Positions 10,916-19,140 of a stretch of 64,000 nucleotides of DNA are shown here, one piece after another. The position numbers and the translations under genes are program-made. How positions within the stretch are numbered: position 1 is the first letter of the stretch; the number at the start of each line of letters is the position of its first letter. The notes beneath the pieces are model-generated. The model did not search any database, was not told the origin of the DNA, and saw nothing but the letters and a program-made list of their open reading frames with translations. Source of the stretch: an uncultured Solirubrobacteraceae bacterium (GTDB taxonomy: Bacteria > Actinomycetota > Thermoleophilia > Solirubrobacterales > Solirubrobacteraceae); the NCBI GenBank assembly GCA_963767405.1, contig CAVYDP010000003.1, positions 52,700 through 116,699 of the forward strand. The letters run 5' to 3'.

Positions 10916-11806
10916 TCAGGCGGCCTGCGGCAGCTCGGTGGCCAGGGCGGTGGTCTCCTCCTCGCGCCAGCGCAGGTATGAGGGGCCGAATTCCCGCAGC
11001 CGCCGCGGCAGCACGGGGGTTGTGGCCCTGGAGGCCAGCCCGAGGGCGGAGAGCTCGAGCTGCTGGCGGCGGCTGAGGGAGAGCCCCAGGCGTTCCCGCA
11101 GCACCTCCGGGAGCAGGCCGATCGTGGCCAGGCGCATGGCGCGGGCGGCGGGCAATCGGGTCAGGTGCCAGACGGGGGCGGCGTACCGGGGCAGGGGCGG
11201 GCTCTTGGGATCGGTCAGGCTGGCGATCACTCCCCTGACGCTCTCGTTGTCCTCCAGCACGTCCTCGACCATCGAGTCGAAGTACTCGCGATAGCCGCCC
11301 AGCGTCTCCGGCAGGTCGCGCTCGCGCAGCCCGAGCAGCCGGCCGAGCCTCCTCCACTCGAACCAGAAGCGGTCCTCCTCGTCGGGTGCCAGAGGCGACC
11401 CGAAGCGGGCGTGGGCGGAGACGATGGAGCCGAAGAGGGTGGCGTGCACCCAGGCGAAGGCCTCGGGCTCGAGAGCGTGGTAACGGACGCCGTCGGGCCG
11501 CAGGCCCCTGATCCGCCGGTGCATCGAGCGCACGTTCCGGGCCACTGCGGCGGCCATGGGGGGCTCGGCGTAGATCAGGGAGCTGGTGAAGTCCAGGGTG
11601 CGGAACAGCCGGCCCCACGGGTCCTCCCTGTAGTTGGAGTGCTGGGCCACGCCGGCCCCCACCGTCGGGTGGGCGACCTGCAGGACGAGGGCGTAGCCGG
11701 CGGCGATGAGCGTGCGGGCGTCGGCGCCTCGGCGCCAGGTGATCGACCCTGGCCCCGGCATCAGGGCCGCCACCTCGTCGTCTGTCGGCAGAAGGTCCTT
11801 GCTCAT
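10916..11806 (-). CDS. MpaB/DUF2236 (Lcp-like) oxygenase family protein
   Basis: LVLQVAHPTVGAGV..HS..DPWGRL.RT, YHALEPE..AWVHATL. Confidence 0.85.
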   Translation of the reverse strand: MSKDLLPTDDEVAALMPGPGSITWRRGADARTLIAAGYALVLQVAHPTVGAGVAQHSNYREDPWGRLFRTLDFTSSLIYAEPPMAAAVARNVRSMHRRIRGLRPDGVRYHALEPEAFAWVHATLFGSIVSAHARFGSPLAPDEEDRFWFEWRRLGRLLGLRERDLPETLGGYREYFDSMVEDVLEDNESVRGVIASLTDPKSPPLPRYAAPVWHLTRLPAARAMRLATIGLLPEVLRERLGLSLSRRQQLELSALGLASRATTPVLPRRLREFGPSYLRWREEETTALATELPQAA

Positions 11807-11929
11807 GTTCGCCCCCACGCCCGGCAGGGGGATTATCGGTTGCCGGGCGGCGGCGGATGAGTCAGCGCGAGGATGCATGTGAAGCTAGTGTCTGTCGGGA
11901 CCTGCAAACGGCGAAGCGGGAGGCCCGCG

Positions 11930-12379
11930 ATGGGGAACCTGGGCGGCAGCGCAAGCGTGGAGATCGAGGCTCCGCTGCAGCGGGTGTGGGCGGTGGTCGA
12001 GGATGTGATGACGGCGCCCGACTGGCAGGGAGGCCTGGACAAGATGACCGCCCTGGAGAGGGACGGCGACGGCCGCCCCACGCTCGTGGAGACGGAGAAC
12101 GACATCAAGGTCCGGCGGATCAAGGCCCATGTCCGCTTCAGCTACGAGGGTCCCAACCGCCTCTCCTGGAGCCAGGAGAAGGGGGACATGAAGTCCGTCG
12201 AGGGGTCCTGGGAGCTCGAGGACCTCGGTGACGGTCGAACGCGGGCGACCTACACGCTCGACGCCGACCCCGGGCGCCTGCTCGGGATGGTCATCCGCGG
12301 GCCGGTGGAGGCGGCGACGAAGGCGATCTTCGTCAGCGGCCGGCCCGGGGAGCTGAAGCGCAGGGTCGAGGAGGGCTGA
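11930..12379 (+). CDS. SRPBCC/polyketide cyclase-dehydrase family protein
   Basis: VEIEAPLQRVWAVVED...PDW and GSWELEDLGDGRTRATY. GGAGG SD. Confidence 0.8.
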   Translation: MGNLGGSASVEIEAPLQRVWAVVEDVMTAPDWQGGLDKMTALERDGDGRPTLVETENDIKVRRIKAHVRFSYEGPNRLSWSQEKGDMKSVEGSWELEDLGDGRTRATYTLDADPGRLLGMVIRGPVEAATKAIFVSGRPGELKRRVEEG

Positions 12380-12388
12380 GGCCCGCGG

Positions 12389-13006
12389 TCAGGGCGGCGG
12401 GTAGAGGGTGGCCAGCCAGATGTGGTTCAGGACGCCCACGACCATGGCCGGATCGTCCTGGGGCAGACGGCCGAAGGCCTCGGAGAGGTAGCGCTCGTTC
12501 ATCCACACCAGCGCCCGCGCGGTCTCACCCGCGTTGATCGAGCGGAGGATGCCACCGGCCGCCTGCTCGGAGCGGATGTGCTCGGCGGTGGCGTCGATGA
12601 AGGACTGGACGAGCTCCCGGTAGGCGGACTCGACCCTGGCGTCGGAGGGGGCGGCATCCACGAGGGCCCTCAGGACCGGACCCTGGGTCAGGAAGACGTT
12701 GGCTATCCCCTCGAGAGCGATGCGGATGTCATGTTCGGGCCGGTCGCCCTTCAGCCACCGATCGGCCCAGGCGAAGAGATCCTCGCCGATGTGCTCGACG
12801 AGGCGCAGGACTAGCTCGTGCAGGTCGCGGAAGTGGGTGTAGAAGGCCGGCCTCTTCAGGTCGGTCTGGAGCATGATCCGCCCGACGGTGACCTCGCGAA
12901 AGGGCCGCTCGCGCAGCAGCTGCTCGGCGGCGGCGAGGATCTCCCTTTCGGTCTCCTTGGGGTCGTGGCGAGGGCGTCGCCGCGCTGGGGATGTGCCCGC
13001 GGGCAT
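12389..13006 (-). CDS. TetR family regulator (EthR-like)
   Basis: EILAAAEQLL.E.PF.EVTV..I......RPAFYTHF HTH. C-terminal ARALVWMNER...HIW as in EthR-type proteins. Confidence 0.9.
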   Translation of the reverse strand: MPAGTSPARRRPRHDPKETEREILAAAEQLLRERPFREVTVGRIMLQTDLKRPAFYTHFRDLHELVLRLVEHIGEDLFAWADRWLKGDRPEHDIRIALEGIANVFLTQGPVLRALVDAAPSDARVESAYRELVQSFIDATAEHIRSEQAAGGILRSINAGETARALVWMNERYLSEAFGRLPQDDPAMVVGVLNHIWLATLYPPP

Positions 13007-13031
13007 GGCGCGATCCTACCTGAGCGGGCGG

Positions 13032-13063
13032 CTATTGACACTATGTCATTAGGTTGTTAGGGT
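13032..13063 (+). promoter_or_regulatory. Primary-sigma promoter for the P450, overlapped by a palindromic TetR-type operator
   Basis: TTGACA (13035-40), 17 bp, TAGGGT (13058-63). Palindrome CTATTGACA-CTA-TGTCATTAG (13032-52). The divergent tetR -10 TAGGAT lies at 13013-18 on the minus strand. Confidence 0.75.
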
Positions 13064-13142
13064 CGCCTCGATCGGTCTGCAACCGCCGGGGAGGGTTCAG
13101 GCCACGGTCCGCCGCCCCGGCGCCCGCGAGGGAGGAGAAGAG

Positions 13143-14375
13143 ATGGCAACGGTTGGTCGGGACATCGGCAGCGTGGAACTTGGCGACAGCGAGCTGTGGA
13201 CGGACGGTCCCCCGTACGAGCTGTTCCGGGAGATGCGGGGCGGGTGTCCCGTCCACTGGACCGAGAGCATCAAGGAGTTCCCCGAGGAGGCCGGATTCTG
13301 GTCGGTGACGACCGCCGAGGACGTCCACACCGTCAGCCGGGACTTCCAGACCTACTCCTCCGAACTGGGAGGGGTGACGGTGTTCGCGGAGATCTTCCCC
13401 CTCGAGCTGGCCAGGGCGATGTTCATCGGGATGGACCCGCCCAAGCACGACCGCATCAAGGCTCTCTTCCAGCGCGGGTTCACCCCCAAGCGGATCGCCG
13501 ACCACGAGGAGCGGATCAGGGAGATCGTGGTCAATGTCCTGGACAGGCTGGAGGGCCGCGAGGAGTGCGACCTCGTGACCGACGTCGCCCAGCCGGTCGT
13601 GTCGCGGGTCATCAGCAGCTTCATGGGACTCTCCGAGGATGAAGATGCGGTCTGGGCGCGGATCGTCAACTCGGCCCTCGCCCCCGACGACCCGGACCTG
13701 GCGCCGGAGGGGATCGACGGAGTGCTCCAGAAGGACATCCCGGAGATGTTCGAACGCTGCCGCAAGCTGATCGCCGACCGCCGGGAGAACCCCACGGACG
13801 ACCTCACGAGCGTGCTCGTGCACGCGGATGTCAACGGCGAGAAACTGGATGAGACGGAGATCGTGATGGGGTTCTTCCTGCTGATGGCGGCCGGGAACGA
13901 CTCCACCAAGGCGACCTACTGCAGCGGGATGCGGGCCCTGATGGAGAACCCCGACCAGAAGCAGCTCCTGCTCGACGACCCGTCGCTGATCCCGAGCGCG
14001 GTGGAGGAGGCGCTGCGGATGTTCCCGGCCTTCGCCCATTTCCGCCGCACGGCCACTTGCGACACGGAGCTGAACGGGAAGAAGATCAATGAGGGGGAGA
14101 AGGTGGTCATGTGGTACGTCTCCTCAAACCGCGATGAGACCCGCTTCGAGGACCCGGACCGCTTCGATGTCACCCGCAACTCCGAGCATCAGGCCTTCGG
14201 TGCCGGCGGGCGGCACTTCTGCCTCGGCACGGCCCTCGCTCGTCTGGAGCTGCGGATCCTCCTCGAGGAGACCCTGAAGCGCTACCCGCAGATCCGGCTC
14301 GAGGGCGAGCCGGTGGCGGCACAGGCGATGTTCGTCAACCAGCTCAAGACGCTGCCGGTGCGGCTCGTTCCGTAG
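13143..14375 (+). CDS. Cytochrome P450 (CYP124/125/126-like), copy 2, intact
   Basis: [39 protein letters not shown]. Confidence 0.95.
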   Translation: MATVGRDIGSVELGDSELWTDGPPYELFREMRGGCPVHWTESIKEFPEEAGFWSVTTAEDVHTVSRDFQTYSSELGGVTVFAEIFPLELARAMFIGMDPPKHDRIKALFQRGFTPKRIADHEERIREIVVNVLDRLEGREECDLVTDVAQPVVSRVISSFMGLSEDEDAVWARIVNSALAPDDPDLAPEGIDGVLQKDIPEMFERCRKLIADRRENPTDDLTSVLVHADVNGEKLDETEIVMGFFLLMAAGNDSTKATYCSGMRALMENPDQKQLLLDDPSLIPSAVEEALRMFPAFAHFRRTATCDTELNGKKINEGEKVVMWYVSSNRDETRFEDPDRFDVTRNSEHQAFGAGGRHFCLGTALARLELRILLEETLKRYPQIRLEGEPVAAQAMFVNQLKTLPVRLVP

Positions 14376-14395
14376 TCGACTGGGAAACGCGCACG

Positions 14396-14525
14396 TTGGT
14401 AGGCCGGCTGGCGCTGAGCGCACTGAAAGTCCGGTGGCTGGAAGCGGAGATCGACCACATCTGCGAAGGTCCACGACATGTTCGAGGTGGCCGGGCTCGC
14501 AGGCGCCCTGTCGTTTCGCGATCCG
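14396..14525 (+). pseudogene. Deleted remnant of a second STAS-domain gene
   Basis: LVGRL...LEAEIDHICEG, then in a shifted frame VHDMFEVAGLAGALSF. These mirror LTGEL...LEAEIDRLCGEG and VRRAFDQADVTEFLPF of the intact neighbour. Confidence 0.55.
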
Positions 14526-14553
14526 TTGCATCCGGGGCGTCGCCGTTGCCACC

Positions 14554-15021
14554 TCAAAGAGACGGAGAGGTCGGGAGGTCCTCCGACTGGAACGGGAGGA
14601 ACTCGGTGACGTCCGCCTGGTCGAAGGCGCGACGCACGGCTGGCGAGCCGGGGATCAGCGAGATCTCATAGCCACGTCTCTCGCAGAGCTCGCAGCGAAA
14701 TGCGATCACGGCCACACCGACCGAATCGATGTAGGTGAGTTCACGGAGGTCCAGCGTGATGCTGGTGACACCTTCTCCGCAGAGGCGATCGATCTCGGCT
14801 TCGAGCTCGTGAGCAGAACGATGGTTCAGCTCGCCTGTGAGGATCAGCGTGTGCGTTCGAACGGGGACGCTCGCCAGCGCCGAGGGCTGGTTGCCCGGCG
14901 CCGGCTTCGCGGGCGCGGCGTCGTTGAAGGCGGTCGGCCTTCGACTGGCCGCACCCCTTCGCGGGCGATCCTCGCTTGGTGTTCCAACCTTTCGTGGCGA
15001 CGCCGTCAAATGGCGTTTCAT
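14554..15021 (-). CDS. STAS-domain anti-sigma factor antagonist with a ~55-aa low-complexity N-terminal extension
   Basis: LILTGEL...ITLDLRELTYIDSVGVAVI (phosphorylatable Ser) ...PAVRRAF. SD AAGGGAG 9 nt upstream of ATG 15021. Confidence 0.85.
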   Translation of the reverse strand: MKRHLTASPRKVGTPSEDRPRRGAASRRPTAFNDAAPAKPAPGNQPSALASVPVRTHTLILTGELNHRSAHELEAEIDRLCGEGVTSITLDLRELTYIDSVGVAVIAFRCELCERRGYEISLIPGSPAVRRAFDQADVTEFLPFQSEDLPTSPSL

Positions 15022-15028
15022 GAGATTC

Positions 15029-15111
15029 AGCTCCCTTCCGATGAAGCCTCGAGTTGATTCCAGCCCTGGATCGGGGACCCAGGGACCGACCTGAGGAGAC
15101 CGGAAGGAGCT
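15029..15111 (-). promoter_or_regulatory. Long mRNA hairpin pairing the upstream stop-codon region with the STAS gene Shine-Dalgarno
   Basis: On the mRNA, (U)AGCUCCUUCCG at the stop pairs with CGGAAGGGAGCU (contains the SD) with one bulge. Inner stems CCUC/GAGG and CCCUGG/CCAGGG. Confidence 0.65.
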
Positions 15112-16108
15112 AGTCCGGTCGCTCTGGAATCAGAACGAAGCAGGCGGTGCGCCACGGCTGACAGAAGAGCCGCAGCCGGCGCATCGCCCGGGGGGCCGCC
15201 AGGCCCAGGAGGCCCGCGAGGGTGAGAAATGCCGAGAGCCCGAGGCCGGAGCCACCGGCGGCCGCCGCGCCCGATGCTCCGCTGGGGGCGGACCCCGGAG
15301 CGGGGCTGAAGGGGGGGCTTCCAATCGAAGAGTCGCCATCTCCACTACCCGGAGGCGCGCCGGGGCCCGTGCCCGTCAGGGAGCCGGCGGCGACGGCTGC
15401 GGCGGCGAACCCGACGGGAGACCCCGCCAGCGCCCTCTGGGTCGCCGATCCCCCGGCTGCGCAGTCGCCCGTCATCGGTCCCGCCAGCGCAGCCACCACG
15501 CAGCCCAGGCTCCCGGCCTTCCGGGCAGCCCTGATGGCTGTCGGCATGACGACCTCGGTCGGCGGGGCGGCGGTCGCCTGCGTTTCCGCCGGGATTCCAA
15601 CCGTGATCGTCAGCGAGCCGACCGGCTCGCCTGGGAGCGCGGGTCCACCTTGGTCGGGGGGAGTGGGACCCTGCGCGGCGGCGGATGGCGGCGAGCCTTC
15701 CGAGGCCGGCTTCGCGACCGGTTCGGCCGGTTTTTCTCCGGCAACGGGTTCCGCCGGCGCCGGTGCGGGGGTTTCTTCGGCGACCGGTTCGACAGGGGTG
15801 GGGGCCGGTGCGGGGGTTTCTTCGGCGACCGGTTCGACGGGGGTGGGGGCCGGTGCGGGGGTTTCTTCGGTCACCGGTTCGACGGGGGTGGGGGCCGGGG
15901 CGGCTTCTTCGGTCGGTGGAGCCGGGGCGCCTTCCGCAGTGACCGGTTCGGTCGGGGCGGGTTTCGGGGCTTCTTCGGCGATTGGGGCGGCGCCGCGGGC
16001 GCCGCCGGCGAGCATGAGAGAGCCGAGCACGGCGAGGAGGAAAGGCCTCATGGCGCGGAGGCCTTTGGAGACGATTGGCGTCGAGGGGTTCTGGCCTGTC
16101 CCTAGCAT
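15110..16108 (-). CDS. Exported Pro/Ala/Glu-rich protein with a C-terminal TM segment ending ...CFVLIPERPD*
   Basis: Signal peptide MRPFLLAVLGSLMLAGGARGA (ATG 16051 or 16108), PAPAPTPVEPVAEET repeats, hydrophobic LGLSAFLTLAGLLGLAA, then a basic tail. Confidence 0.75.
   Translation of the reverse strand: MLGTGQNPSTPIVSKGLRAMRPFLLAVLGSLMLAGGARGAAPIAEEAPKPAPTEPVTAEGAPAPPTEEAAPAPTPVEPVTEETPAPAPTPVEPVAEETPAPAPTPVEPVAEETPAPAPAEPVAGEKPAEPVAKPASEGSPPSAAAQGPTPPDQGGPALPGEPVGSLTITVGIPAETQATAAPPTEVVMPTAIRAARKAGSLGCVVAALAGPMTGDCAAGGSATQRALAGSPVGFAAAAVAAGSLTGTGPGAPPGSGDGDSSIGSPPFSPAPGSAPSGASGAAAAGGSGLGLSAFLTLAGLLGLAAPRAMRRLRLFCQPWRTACFVLIPERPD
15759..15912. repeat. 45-bp coding tandem repeat, ~3.4 copies
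   Basis: Unit GCCGGTGCGGGGGTTTCTTCGGCGACCGGTTCGAC(A/G)GGGGTGGGG at 15759, 15804, 15849 and partially at 15894. Encodes PTPVEPVAEETPAPA. Confidence 0.9.
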
Positions 16109-16247
16109 CTTTCCTCGCTGCTCACGTTTGCCGTAGGCCGATCATAACCCCCGCCTGCCGCTCGTGCGTCGTCGCATAATGCGGGGTTGGATGCCACCGG
16201 CCGCGACCTCGCCGGGGAGGCTCCCGATGCGCCGTGAGGGGCCCTGT

Positions 16248-16451
16248 TCAACCCGTCGCCCGGTGCCGGGGGTCGACGGGAGGCTGTGCGGAGGGGCGCT
16301 TCTCTTCCTCCGCGAGGGAGCCGCTCCTGAGCCATTCGACCAGCGCCCGAGCATCGGCGTCGTCGCTGCGGGCGGCCAGGCGGAGCATCATCCAACCGAC
16401 CAGGACGACCACCGAACCGACTGCTGGGATGAGGATGAACAGCACCCTCAC
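16248..16451 (-). CDS. Small single-pass membrane protein (67 aa)
   Basis: N-terminal hydrophobic stretch followed by a charged tail. Fills the gap between co-oriented genes. Confidence 0.5.
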   Translation of the reverse strand: MRVLFILIPAVGSVVVLVGWMMLRLAARSDDADARALVEWLRSGSLAEEEKRPSAQPPVDPRHRATG

Positions 16452-16487
16452 CTAAGGCTAGGGGATGGCCGGCGTGCCACGCGCCGG

Positions 16488-17702
16488 CTACCGACCCTTC
16501 GCGGCGCCGGGGCTGGCCGGCTCGGAGAAGAACTCGGCGAGCGCGATGTGCGTCTGCCTGGGCAGCTCGACCTGCGGCACGTGTCCGCAGTCGAGCCGGA
16601 GGTGGCGGGCCCGCGGGAGAGCCTCGGCGACGTGCCGGGCGAAGGCGAGGGGCACGAGTCGGTCGTCGCGGCCCCACACGAACAGCGCCTCGGGCTCGAG
16701 CTCTGCCAGGCGAGTCCAGAAGCCCTCCTCTCCATGCGGCTCCTCCAGATAGATGTGACGTGCCGCGGCGTAGAAGGCGGCTCTCCCGGCGGGGGTGAGA
16801 TATGCGCGCAGGAACTCGTCCACACCGGCGGCCGTCCAGCCCTTGTCGGCATCGGGGATGAGGCGATGGACGATCCCTTCGACGAGCGGCCGCGGGGCCA
16901 CCTGGACGAGCCCGAGCTCGGGCCGGGTGAGGCGCAGCAGCGGCAGCCACCGCCGGTCCCGCCGCCAGGCGAGGGAGGGGGCGAGGAGGCCGACCCGGTT
17001 TACCCTGCCGGGGTGGCGCAGGGCGATCTCGAGGGCGACGCGCCCACCGAGGCTGTTGCCGATCAGGTGAACGCGCTCGAGGTCGAGCGCATCGAGCAGG
17101 TTGATCGCCGAGCGGGCGAAGTAGGGGGCGTCGTAGGCGGCGCCGATCGGCTTGTCGGAGTCGCCGAATCCCGGCTGGTCCACGGCGATGACGCGGAAGC
17201 GGCCGGCCATGGCCGCGACGGTGGGCAGGAAGGACCCCTTGGTGGCACCCAGGCCGTGCAGGGCCAGGACCGGAGGCCCGGTGCCGGCTTCGAGGATCGA
17301 GAGGCGGGCGCCGCGGGTGGGGATGGTGCGAAACCGCAGGCGCCCCGGATCGACGGCCCCGCTCGTGGCCGCCAGGAATCCCACCCCTACGTGCATGTTG
17401 CGGCGCATCGAGAGGCGCCCCGACCGGTATGCGTCCATTCCCCGGCTCACATCCCCGGCGATCTGACGCCAGGTAGCCGCGTCGGCGGTGAGGACGGCGT
17501 CGGGACGGCCGCCGGCAGCCTCGATGCGGGCCTCGCCATTGACCACCACGGCGTCCCAGGCTTCCTCCTCGCCGACGGCTAGCCGGATACGGGTGACCCG
17601 CCGGCGGGCGTCGAAGACGGAGGGGTCGAACCGCTCGACGAGGGTCCGCATCGGCTTGGGAGGGGAAGGGCCCCGCGTCCGAGCCTGTGTCGCTGAGCTC
17701 AT
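16488..17702 (-). CDS. SCP2 (sterol-carrier) domain fused to an alpha/beta hydrolase
   Basis: N-terminal PDAVLTADAATWRQIA.G...MDAYRSGRL (SCP2-like). LHGLG, DQPGFGDS, GNSLGG nucleophile, WGRDD, CGHVPQ. Confidence 0.85.
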   Translation of the reverse strand: MSSATQARTRGPSPPKPMRTLVERFDPSVFDARRRVTRIRLAVGEEEAWDAVVVNGEARIEAAGGRPDAVLTADAATWRQIAGDVSRGMDAYRSGRLSMRRNMHVGVGFLAATSGAVDPGRLRFRTIPTRGARLSILEAGTGPPVLALHGLGATKGSFLPTVAAMAGRFRVIAVDQPGFGDSDKPIGAAYDAPYFARSAINLLDALDLERVHLIGNSLGGRVALEIALRHPGRVNRVGLLAPSLAWRRDRRWLPLLRLTRPELGLVQVAPRPLVEGIVHRLIPDADKGWTAAGVDEFLRAYLTPAGRAAFYAAARHIYLEEPHGEEGFWTRLAELEPEALFVWGRDDRLVPLAFARHVAEALPRARHLRLDCGHVPQVELPRQTHIALAEFFSEPASPGAAKGR

Positions 17703-18874
17703 CGGGGAGCGGCCGGCGGCCGGGTGGCCCCAGGCGGCTTCGCTGCGCTGCCGCTCGCCGCCTTTGGCGACCTCCTCGAGGCGGTAGCTCGTGTAGCACG
17801 GCGCAGCTGGTCGAGTGCCTTGGTGGCACGCTCGTAGCCCTCACGGATGAGGGCCGGCCAGCCGCTGCGGTCGATGAAGAGATCGTAGAAGGCGGGTCCG
17901 CGCAGGAGCCGATGGTCGGCCGCGTCGATGACGGTAAGGCGGCTTCCGAGGTCCGCGCGCAGACGGTTGGCGAAATGCAGCTGGAAGCCCTGCTCGGCCT
18001 GTCGGCTGGCCGTGAGAATGCCCATCGGCCGGTTCTGCCAGCCCGTGATGTCCTCCGGTTCGAGCTGCGGGGGGAGCATGAAGTTCGCGGCGAACACGTG
18101 GTCGAAGGCGCCGTCTCGCATGATCGGATCGGCGGGAAGCAGCTCGATGATCCCACCGTCGACGTAGAGGTGCCCCCCGACCTCGACCGATTCGATGAAG
18201 GCGGGCAGGGCGACCGCGATGCGCACGAGACGTCCCACCGGCAGCTCCGGGGTGCTCTGCGTCCCGAAGTAGGTGACGGCGCCGCGATCCATGTCGTAGA
18301 CGATCGACTCGATGGGGATCTGAAGCTCCCCCACCGTCAGGGAGGCGAAGCGCTCGTTGAAGGTCCGTTCGATCGCCTCGCCCTTGGCCAGGCCGGTGAA
18401 GCCCTTCAAGGCTGTGGCGGCGAAGCGGGGAGCCTTCGCCCACTGTATGTCGAGGTAGTCCTCGAGGTGCCACGAGAGGGAGAACTCGGCCATCTCCTGG
18501 GCGGTCATGCCGGCCGCCCACATCGAGCCCCATATCGTCCCGCCCGAGCAGGCCGTGATCAGCTCCGGCTCGATCTCCGCCTCTTCGAAGGCGCGCCGCA
18601 CGCCGATCAGCGACACGCAGGCGCCCGCGCCGCCGCCGGCGATCAACGCCACCCGCCGCCCCTTGAGCGCTTTCAGGGGACGCGGCTTCAGCGGCGGGAA
18701 GATCTCGGCGTCGAGGGTCTGCGGGCGGTCGACGAACGGAAGGGGGAAGAGCGCGCGCCGAGCCCTCACCAGGAACCCCGGATCGATCGTCGCCCTGATC
18801 AGCTCCCCGCGTTCGCGGGCCCAGCCGAATCCGAGGAGGACGTTGTAGAGGTCGAGGTCAAGGCGCCCGGCCAT
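17699..18874 (-). CDS. Patatin-like phospholipase family protein
   Basis: IAGGGAGA oxyanion loop, ACSGG nucleophile elbow, YVDGG. ATGA overlap with the downstream hydrolase. Confidence 0.85.
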   Translation of the reverse strand: MAGRLDLDLYNVLLGFGWARERGELIRATIDPGFLVRARRALFPLPFVDRPQTLDAEIFPPLKPRPLKALKGRRVALIAGGGAGACVSLIGVRRAFEEAEIEPELITACSGGTIWGSMWAAGMTAQEMAEFSLSWHLEDYLDIQWAKAPRFAATALKGFTGLAKGEAIERTFNERFASLTVGELQIPIESIVYDMDRGAVTYFGTQSTPELPVGRLVRIAVALPAFIESVEVGGHLYVDGGIIELLPADPIMRDGAFDHVFAANFMLPPQLEPEDITGWQNRPMGILTASRQAEQGFQLHFANRLRADLGSRLTVIDAADHRLLRGPAFYDLFIDRSGWPALIREGYERATKALDQLRRATRATASRRSPKAASGSAAKPPGATRPPAAPR

Positions 18875-18981
18875 GGACCGGATGTTGGTCGCATCGGGAC
18901 GTTCGCGCCAGCGCAAAACGCCGTAACGGACATGCGGGTAAACACGCTCCGGTCAGCCCCGCCGAAGCGAGGGGGCCGGCG

Positions 18982-19140
18982 TCACTGGTTCTGAGCCTCG
19001 ATGCTGCCCCAGGATGCGCACATCAGATCGCTGAGCAGGGCGTCGCGCTCCTCGTCGGTGCTCTCGTCGATGTCATCGATCACGCGCAGGACGAGACTCG
19101 CCGCCGAGATCGGGTCCAGGTGCCAGCTGTTGGGTTCCAT
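18982..19140 (-). CDS. Small acidic protein (52 aa), below the ORF-track cutoff
   Basis: MEPNSWHLDPISAASLVLRVIDDIDESTDEERDALLSDLMCASWGSIEAQNQ*. GGAG 7 nt upstream of the ATG and mostly G/C third positions. Confidence 0.6.
   Translation of the reverse strand: MEPNSWHLDPISAASLVLRVIDDIDESTDEERDALLSDLMCASWGSIEAQNQ

Noticed and set aside
15759-15912. 45-bp repeats as a CRISPR array
   Set aside because: Head-to-tail repeats without spacers, length a multiple of 3, inside a coding frame, and no cas genes.
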